Assembly (NCBI GenBank): GCA_002633085.1
Contig: NSIV01000002.1
Location: 105,602-169,601, forward strand
DNA from: Curvibacter sp. PD_MW3
GTDB taxonomy: Bacteria > Pseudomonadota > Gammaproteobacteria > Burkholderiales > Burkholderiaceae_C
Reading direction: 5' to 3'
Length of the DNA stretch: 64,000 nt
Shown here: one piece after another, positions 58,639 to 64,000 of the stretch
Layout of the letters: every line of letters begins with the position of its first letter
Position numbering within the stretch: the first letter of the stretch is position 1
Program-made: the position numbers and the translations under genes
Notes under the pieces: model-generated
The model's input: only the letters and a program-made list of their open reading frames with translations
Databases searched by the model: none
What the model was told of the DNA's origin: nothing

Positions 58639-59970
58639 CTACGCTCTCGCCACTGGCATGTCGCTCCATTCGGTTGTGTAGGCCGGCGTTCGTCGGTCTT
58701 GGCGCATCGACCAGTCCCGCGGGGCCTCTCCCACTTTCGCGCTGCCGACCTTGACGGTGCCCTTGCCCCATCGGCCGTTGACGGCGTCGAGAGCTATCAT
58801 GAGTCGCCCTCGAACGATCTCATTTGCAGTGTCGTCGCCGCCCAAGTCGAGCTCCAACTGCTCGAGGCTTGAAGGCTGGATGTCCATCAACATCACACCC
58901 GCCTTCGCCAGGCGAAAGCCCGGCTTGTAGATGGCCCGAAGGCCAAGCAAAGCCGCGCCGACGATGGCGGAGGTGTCGGAGCTGGGCCCGCGCATAGGAA
59001 CGACCATGGAACGCGAATATTGCGGATCCTTGCGGAATGGACTGGTGCGGATGAAGACCAGAACCTCGGACGCCACGCTGCCCTGGGCTCGCAACTTTTC
59101 GGCCGCTCGCGAGGCGAACTCTGAGACGGCCTCCGACAATGGCGCGAGGGCTTCGACAGGGCGTCCGAACGAGCGCGTGCATGCGATCTGCTTCTTGGGC
59201 TCGGGATTGTCTTCAAGACCCACGCAAGGCACGCCTTGCAACTCCCTCACTGTCCGCTCGAGAACCACGGACCATCGACGCTTGGCCACGGCCGGGTCCA
59301 TGCGGGCGAGGTCCCAAGCGGTGCGCACGCCCGCCTCCGTCAACGCCGCGCCGATCTTGCGACCGACGCCCCACACCTCGCCGACTTCGGTGGCGGAGAG
59401 CAAAGCCTCGAACTCCTCGGAGCTGGCCCTGGACAGGTCGCACACCTGAGAGTGAACCTCCGGGTAGCTGCCGGGCTTGCGCTCGGCCGTCTTGGCGATG
59501 TGATTGGCAAGCTTGGCCAGCGTCTTTGTCCGCGCGATGCCCACACCGCACGGGATGCCCACCCAGCGATGGATTCGAGAGCGGATCGCGAGGGCCCGCA
59601 CCTTCAAGTCGCCCCGCACCCCGTCGAGCCCGATGAAGCTTTCGTCGATGCTGTAAATCTCTTGGGTGGGACCCAGTCCCGCCGCCAGGCTCATCATGCG
59701 ATCGGACATATCGCCGTAGAGCGCGAAATTGGCCGACAGAGCCACCAGGCCCACCTCGTCTTCGAGATGCCGGATCTGATGCCAGGGATGGCCCATCTTG
59801 ACGCCAAGAGCCTTGGCTTCGTTGGACCTCGCGATCGCGCACCCGTCGTTATTTGAAAGCACCACCACGGGAACGCCCTCGAGCGAGGGGCGGAAGACCC
59901 GCTCGCAGGAGACATAGAAGTTGTTGCCATCGACAAGCGCGAACACGAATGCACCTCGATCATTCAACAC
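58639..59970 (-). CDS. umuC: Translesion DNA polymerase V catalytic subunit UmuC (Y-family)
   Basis: [25 protein letters not shown] and SIDESF Y-family motifs, 443 aa. It overlaps the umuD stop. Confidence 0.9.
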   Translation of the reverse strand: MLNDRGAFVFALVDGNNFYVSCERVFRPSLEGVPVVVLSNNDGCAIARSNEAKALGVKMGHPWHQIRHLEDEVGLVALSANFALYGDMSDRMMSLAAGLGPTQEIYSIDESFIGLDGVRGDLKVRALAIRSRIHRWVGIPCGVGIARTKTLAKLANHIAKTAERKPGSYPEVHSQVCDLSRASSEEFEALLSATEVGEVWGVGRKIGAALTEAGVRTAWDLARMDPAVAKRRWSVVLERTVRELQGVPCVGLEDNPEPKKQIACTRSFGRPVEALAPLSEAVSEFASRAAEKLRAQGSVASEVLVFIRTSPFRKDPQYSRSMVVPMRGPSSDTSAIVGAALLGLRAIYKPGFRLAKAGVMLMDIQPSSLEQLELDLGGDDTANEIVRGRLMIALDAVNGRWGKGTVKVGSAKVGEAPRDWSMRQDRRTPAYTTEWSDMPVARA

Positions 59971-60413
59971 GGCATCGACTTGATCGCGTGCAGCACCACG
60001 CCCCAGACTTCAATCGTCTGCCCCTCCTTCGGCACGATGTCGGGAAATCCGGGGTTGGCGGCTTTGAGCTTCATGCGGCCTGCCCGCATCGCCAGCGTCT
60101 TGCAAACGAACTCGCCGTCCACCACCGCGATCACCACATGACTGCTTCGGGGACGAATCGCCCGATCCACGACCAGGACGTCGCCATCGAAGATGCCGGC
60201 ATCCCTCATGGAGTCGCCTCGCGCGCGCAGGAGAAACGTCGCCTGCGGATGCTTCACGAGCTGAGCGGTCAAGTCGACTCGCTTCGCGCCGAGGTCCTCC
60301 GCTGGGGATGGAAAGCCCGCTCGCACCGTCGCCATGAGGTCGAGCACATGCAGCGGCAGGCTCGCCGCGAGCATGGGCTTATCGCATGTGACGGAGGCTA
60401 AAATACTGGACAT
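59964..60413 (-). CDS. umuD: UmuD (LexA-like S24 self-cleaving peptidase)
   Basis: GFPSPAED, a Ser (GDSM) and a Lys nucleophile pair, 149 aa. The ATG lies inside the IS target-site duplication. Confidence 0.9.
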   Translation of the reverse strand: MSSILASVTCDKPMLAASLPLHVLDLMATVRAGFPSPAEDLGAKRVDLTAQLVKHPQATFLLRARGDSMRDAGIFDGDVLVVDRAIRPRSSHVVIAVVDGEFVCKTLAMRAGRMKLKAANPGFPDIVPKEGQTIEVWGVVLHAIKSMPC

Positions 60414-60417
60414 AATC
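60404..60417 (-). promoter_or_regulatory. Distal half of the split LexA (SOS) box: CCAGTA arm plus spacer copy
   Basis: The minus strand reads GATTATGT-CCAGTA. Together with 61503-61516 it reconstructs TACTGT-GATTATGT-CCAGTA, against the consensus TACTGT-N8-ACAGTA. Confidence 0.7.
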
Positions 60418-61502
60418 GGCTCTGTTCGCGCTACGTGTTGATGATCTGTTTGCCCAGGGCGGTCACGATAAAGTCCTCCGCCTTGGCGTCATCCTTGAAC
60501 CATTCCTTCATCCGCATCCACGCCAGGTAGTTCGGCAGGTGCTTGGTCGAGACGCCCCTGAGGTCGCCATTGAGCCAAGTTTTCAGGCGCTCGTGGTAGT
60601 TGTTGACCGACTGCACGTGGGCGGCGCCGTAGGGCGTCATCTTGACCGGGCCTTCGTAGGCGACCGCGACCGACACCGTCTTGATGCCGAGGTCCTTCTC
60701 GACGGTCCTGAACGCCCCCGAGCCATCGACGAAGAGCGTGGCCCCCTTGCCCGCGATCTGCGCGGCCACGGGCATGGCGAGTTTCTGAGTCATGTCAGGC
60801 AGCACGCGGTCGGCCACGTAGGGAGCGCCGCGCGTCTTCATGACCAGCACCGCGACCTTCTTGACGACGGCTTTCTTTCCTGAGGCCTTCTTGCCCATCG
60901 CGGCCCCGCCACGCTTGCGGGCGGGGCGGCCGAGGGAGCGGCTGCCCTTGCCGCTCTCGCGGAAATAGGTCTCGTCGGCCTCGATCACGCCGGGGCGGGC
61001 TCGGGCTTGGTGATGGACGGCGTCCTCGAGGAAGCGGTGCCGCCAACGGAAGGAGGTGCTCGGGGAGATGCCCATCTTCTTGGCGGCGGCCCTGACCGTC
61101 AGCCCTTGGATCATGCAGTCGGCGAACTCGGCCAAGCGGCCCTTGTTGCGCAGGCCGGAGATGGGCGTGTCGGTCGCATGCGAGAAGGTCTTGCGGCAGA
61201 CCCGGCAGGCGTAGCGTTGCAGGCCTCGGGCGTGTCCATTCTTGACCGAGTCGGAGAAGCCGCAACGGGGGCAGATCGGCTCGGCCCGGAGGCTGTGGAT
61301 CGCGTCGTGGGAGCGGATGGAGTAGCGCAGCTCGCGGCACCTGAGCTCGACCTTTTGGAGCTGGCCGGGGTCCAAGGATTGGAGCCGTTCGAATAGCTGG
61401 TTAAAATCCCATGGCTGGTCGGATTTACAGTCTTCCATCGCAGGCTCTTTCGTGCTAACGAATAAATGAATACTCGAATCAACACGCTATGATAACAGAG
61501 CC
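60418..61502 (-). mobile_element. IS1595-family insertion sequence (1,085 bp) with 8-bp target-site duplication ACATAATC
   Basis: Terminal inverted repeats GGCTCTGTTcgcgctaCGTGTTGAT (left) and GGCTCTGTTatcatagCGTGTTGAT (right, reverse complement). Identical 8-mers sit at 60410-60417 and 61503-61510. It contains a single transposase ORF. Confidence 0.85.
60431..61438 (-). CDS. IS1595-family (ISXO2-like DDE) transposase with an N-terminal zinc ribbon
   Basis: CPRCG...YACRVCRKTF zinc ribbon, an HTH (LTVRAAAKKMGISPSTSFRWRHRF), then a DDE domain (IEADETYF...VDGSGAF...N.HERLK). Confidence 0.85.
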   Translation of the reverse strand: MEDCKSDQPWDFNQLFERLQSLDPGQLQKVELRCRELRYSIRSHDAIHSLRAEPICPRCGFSDSVKNGHARGLQRYACRVCRKTFSHATDTPISGLRNKGRLAEFADCMIQGLTVRAAAKKMGISPSTSFRWRHRFLEDAVHHQARARPGVIEADETYFRESGKGSRSLGRPARKRGGAAMGKKASGKKAVVKKVAVLVMKTRGAPYVADRVLPDMTQKLAMPVAAQIAGKGATLFVDGSGAFRTVEKDLGIKTVSVAVAYEGPVKMTPYGAAHVQSVNNYHERLKTWLNGDLRGVSTKHLPNYLAWMRMKEWFKDDAKAEDFIVTALGKQIINT

Positions 61503-61516
61503 ACATAATCACAGTA
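61503..61516 (-). promoter_or_regulatory. Proximal half of the split LexA (SOS) box: TACTGT arm plus spacer copy
   Basis: The minus strand reads TACTGT-GATTATGT directly abutting the IS right end. Confidence 0.7.
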
Positions 61517-61600
61517 TATCGATTCAGCGGGCCAGACGACCGCTTTTCATCTTTTCAACGGTTTGGCCGAACGGCTCGATCCACTCGTTACGATCCATCC

Positions 61601-62266
61601 ATGTGCGCGCATTACGAAGGCGTCAAAGACCCTAAAACCTACGCTGAGCGTTATTCGTCAGCTCCACCGTCCGAGGCTGGCAAGGTCGATCTGTGGCCAG
61701 GCTATTTGGGCTCGTTCATCCGCAGGCATCCTCACGCCGATGTGGGAGACGAGGCCGTGCCTGAGCGAGAAGCTCTCCTTGGGTCCTTCGGATTGATCCC
61801 CCACTGGGCGACCGACGCCAAACTAGCTCGCAACACCTACAACGCCCGCAGCGAGACTGCCGCTTCGAAGCCGAGCTTTCGCGATGCGTGGAAGAAGGCT
61901 CGGCACTGCATCATCCCGGCCCAAGCGATTTACGAGCCTGACTGGCGCAGCGGCAAAGCTGTTTCCACCCGCATTGAACGCAGCGATGGAGCGCCCATGG
62001 GCATCGCTGGCCTTTGGGACTCGTGGAAGCAGCCCGATGGAACCTGGCTGAACAGCTACACGATGCTCACGATCAACGCCGACCATCACGAGCTGATGAA
62101 GTCCTTTCACAAGCCGACTGACGAGAAGCGAATGGTGGTGATCCTTCCCGAGGCAGCCTACGGCGATTGGCTGGCGGCGTCCGCCTCGGACAGCATGGAC
62201 TTCATGCAGCCCTATCCCGCCGATCGGCTCACGGTCCACGCGACGGCAGCCCAAGGACTGTTTTGA
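61601..62266 (+). CDS. SOS response-associated peptidase (SRAP/YedK-like abasic-site processing protein)
   Basis: It starts MCAHY (catalytic Cys2) and has the family motifs NARSET, PA..YEP and MLT.NA. Confidence 0.85.
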   Translation: MCAHYEGVKDPKTYAERYSSAPPSEAGKVDLWPGYLGSFIRRHPHADVGDEAVPEREALLGSFGLIPHWATDAKLARNTYNARSETAASKPSFRDAWKKARHCIIPAQAIYEPDWRSGKAVSTRIERSDGAPMGIAGLWDSWKQPDGTWLNSYTMLTINADHHELMKSFHKPTDEKRMVVILPEAAYGDWLAASASDSMDFMQPYPADRLTVHATAAQGLF

Positions 62267-62389
62267 GAACGGCGAGACCAGGCTTGGCCGCCCTGGCGAA
62301 AACTCTCACCGCAACCGGCGAAGGCAACAGCTAGCTCGACCCGGGCCGCTTCAAAGACTGTTCTGGTTGCGCCCTGCCACAATCTACTT

Positions 62390-62710
62390 ATGGCCCAGTT
62401 CTTCTATAAACTTTTTACAAGGTTCTTGAAAAACCTCGCAGCACTTAAAACCTGGTGGATAGGGCAGTTGATGCGCGCATCGGTTCCGGAGACATTTGCA
62501 CTGTGTCTCATGTTCCTCACCACAATGGCAGTCTATGAGTATTGGGGCAAGCCGCTTTTAGTCGTTTTGTGCGTCGTCATCGGAAACACTCTAGTGCAAA
62601 TGTCCATCGACTATTTTCCAAGCAACATCAAACCTGGCTTCGCTGCTATTTCTCGACTAGTTCCTGCAATTGCTGCGGTTATCGCTTATTTGCTTTCAAG
62701 AACGGCATAG
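62390..62710 (+). CDS. Hypothetical small membrane protein
   Basis: 106 aa with 3 predicted hydrophobic helices, in a low-GC patch. Confidence 0.4.
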   Translation: MAQFFYKLFTRFLKNLAALKTWWIGQLMRASVPETFALCLMFLTTMAVYEYWGKPLLVVLCVVIGNTLVQMSIDYFPSNIKPGFAAISRLVPAIAAVIAYLLSRTA

Positions 62711-62998
62711 ATAAGAGTCGAAATTAAAAGCATTGCGATAGCGATGTTTATGTAGAACGCGTCTCGCTCAGAAGCGGCCGTTTGTCTCAGCGCCTCCGCT
62801 TCATCTGCCTGAGTAATGTTAGATCCTTTCGTCAGTTTACCCATAGCGCGCTCCCGCTGGCGTTGTTGGTAACCTTTTCATCCATCCCATTGCCAAAGTC
62901 AATCCAAAAAGGCTTTTCTGTTGGCGGACATGAAAGTGCCCAGAGTAAGAGCAGCTTCGGATTCATCCTTCGCTCCACGTCATATCGACCAAGCTTAT

Positions 62999-63258
62999 CT
63001 TGGCTCGAGCCAAGAATTGCGATCCGCCTTGTTCTCGCGTCTGCCAATTCCCCGCCCGTCGGAATCTTGGCACGAGCCAAGATTGTTGACCTCGTCCGAT
63101 CGACAAAGGCAAACTCTCCCCAAGCTTGGCTCGAGCCAAGAACGGTGCTTTGTCCGGCGGGCATGCCAACCTGTCGGAATCTTGGCTCGAGCCAAGATCA
63201 TTGAACCCGTCCCATAGACAAGGATAGGCGCTGCCACCCAACCTTGGCTCGAGCCAAG
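62999..63258. repeat. Array C of the 16-bp palindrome CTTGGCTCGAGCCAAG (5 copies)
   Basis: Copies start at 62999, 63066 (one mismatch, CTTGGCACGAGCCAAG), 63125, 63181 and 63243. Spacers are 40-51 bp and non-identical. The array ends 66 bp before the ATG at 63325. Confidence 0.9.
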
Positions 63259-63324
63259 ATCGGCGGCACGCAGCAATTCCTTCGGCTTGAGCAATACTGA
63301 TGGCAATAACCAGAGAGGAAAAAA

Positions 63325-64000
63325 ATGACCCAACAAAGCGGAGCAGCGCAACTTTTGGAGGCCGTCATGTTCGCGGCGGAGCGGCACCGAAACCAACGCC
63401 GCAAGGACGCCGAGGCCTCGCCATACATCAACCACCCGATCGCTCTGGCGCATCTATTGGCGACGACAGGTGGAATCGAAGACGTCGATGTCTTGCGCGC
63501 AGCCATCCTGCACGACACCGTGGAGGACACCGAAACCACTGAGAACGAGCTGCGCGAACGATTTGGAAACGCGGTGGCGGGGATCGTCATGGAGGTCACA
63601 GACGACAAGTCGCTGCCCAAGCAACGGCGCAAGGAGCTGCAAATCGAACATGCTCCTCACAAGAGCCGCGGCGCGGCCCTGGTGAAGCTCGCCGACAAGA
63701 CCTGCAATCTGCGCGACATCGCGGCGACCCCGCCGGCTGATTGGCCGCTCGCTCGCAGACAGGCTTATTTCGATTGGGCAAAGAGCGTAGTCGACGCTCT
63801 ACCTCCCGTCAGCGAACCGCTACGGAAGGCGTTCGATGAGGCCTATGCCAAGTGCCCTGCCGCGCAAAATTCAGACCCGACCGCCCGTGAGGGCCACTGG
63901 TTGAGCATGCCGGGCGTCCTTCGCGGGACGTCGGGATTCGTCCGCGTTCTCGATTCGGGCGCGATCGAGATCGAGCTCTACGACCATAGCGCCGCAGCGG
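63325..64000 (+). CDS. HD-domain (p)ppGpp/alarmone pyrophosphohydrolase-like protein (small alarmone hydrolase type) with an extra C-terminal region; 3' end outside the window
   Basis: My translation from the ATG at 63325, preceded by GAGAGGAA, reads MTQQSGAAQLLEAVMFAAERHRNQRRKD..PYINHPIALAHLL...AAILHDTVEDT...KLADKTCNLRD. The frame stays open to the window end. This ORF is absent from the supplied ORF track, presumably because no stop codon occurs before the window end. Confidence 0.75.
   Translation, partial: MTQQSGAAQLLEAVMFAAERHRNQRRKDAEASPYINHPIALAHLLATTGGIEDVDVLRAAILHDTVEDTETTENELRERFGNAVAGIVMEVTDDKSLPKQRRKELQIEHAPHKSRGAALVKLADKTCNLRDIAATPPADWPLARRQAYFDWAKSVVDALPPVSEPLRKAFDEAYAKCPAAQNSDPTAREGHWLSMPGVLRGTSGFVRVLDSGAIEIELYDHSAAA

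Larger units (their letters stand above)
28300..64000. other. Compositionally distinct, mosaic accessory region (genomic island; right end not in the window)
   Basis: A visible drop in GC with patchy composition, loss of long GC-skewed shadow ORFs, and a cargo of resistance, defence, TA and IS genes. No integrase or tRNA was seen in the window. Confidence 0.7.

Noticed and set aside
60414-60430. A search for an intact LexA box immediately upstream of umuD.
   Set aside because: Only the CCAGTA half-site remains next to umuD. The adjacent sequence is the IS terminal inverted repeat, and the other half lies at 61511-61516.
62686-62844. A minus-strand small ORF of about 52 aa (MGKLTKGSNITQADEAEAL...) with a hydrophobic C-terminus, convergent with and overlapping the end of the 62390-62710 ORF.
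   Set aside because: It is too short, overlaps another weak ORF and has no recognisable family. I noted it but did not call it.
62999-63258. Interpreting the palindrome arrays as CRISPR arrays.
   Set aside because: The conserved repeat is only 16 bp and the spacers vary from 40 to 51 bp. The arrays have 2-5 units, no cas genes are visible, and the repeats sit in promoter-proximal intergenic regions.
62782-63453. Several overlapping ORFs in all frames across the arrays (62782-63204 +, 62832-63164 -, 62921-63217 +, 62963-63241 -, 62995-63453 -, 53031-53390 +, 54442-54642 +).
   Set aside because: Their peptides repeat LGSSQ, WLEPR and LARAK, which are simply the six-frame translations of the palindrome. 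They show no coding character.

Overview
This window looks like a high-GC betaproteobacterial chromosome, probably Burkholderiales or Comamonadaceae; that placement is an inference from protein families such as Bug/TctC binding proteins and from codon style. Bases 1 to about 28,250 are dense, very GC-rich core genome. They carry the 3' end of nasA plus siroheme-related cobA, rpsU, a complete D-glucarate/galactarate catabolic cluster (garD, gudD, kdgD, a 2,5-dioxovalerate dehydrogenase, a LacI regulator and two Bug-family binding proteins), pmbA/yjgA/mog, cysE-trmJ/suhB, and two tandem paralogous PAS-GGDEF-EAL proteins. From about 28.3 kb to the window end the composition becomes lower and patchy in GC, and the content is a mosaic accessory island with no integrase in view. 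The island holds these modules in order:
- a KAP P-loop NTPase with orphan genes
- an ars operon (arsR-arsI-arsC-acr3-arsC) and a His-rich ORF
- an ArsR-rhodanese controlled sulfur/persulfide cluster
- a redox and metal block: a Cys-rich secreted repeat protein, cytochrome c, thioredoxin, CcdA, an ECF sigma factor, an HD-GYP protein and a GDCCVxC protein
- a two-gene candidate defence system of Lamassu type (Cap4/DUF4297-like nuclease plus a Rad50/SMC-like ATPase with a CxxC hook)
- rcnR-rcnA with its operator
- a yybP-ykoY Mn riboswitch in front of a GDT1/UPF0016 exporter
- a PIN toxin cassette
- umuDC, with an IS1595-family element inserted exactly in the spacer of its LexA box
- an SRAP/YedK gene and a small alarmone hydrolase-like HD protein

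The least explained signal is a perfect 16-bp palindrome, CTTGGCTCGAGCCAAG. It occurs about ten times in three intergenic arrays (53.0-53.3 kb, 54.5 kb, 63.0-63.3 kb) next to orphan genes and the HD hydrolase. In addition, two decayed copies of the umuC 3' end (32.5 kb and 57.3 kb) lie in the same orientation as the intact umuC, which suggests serial accretion of modules at that site.
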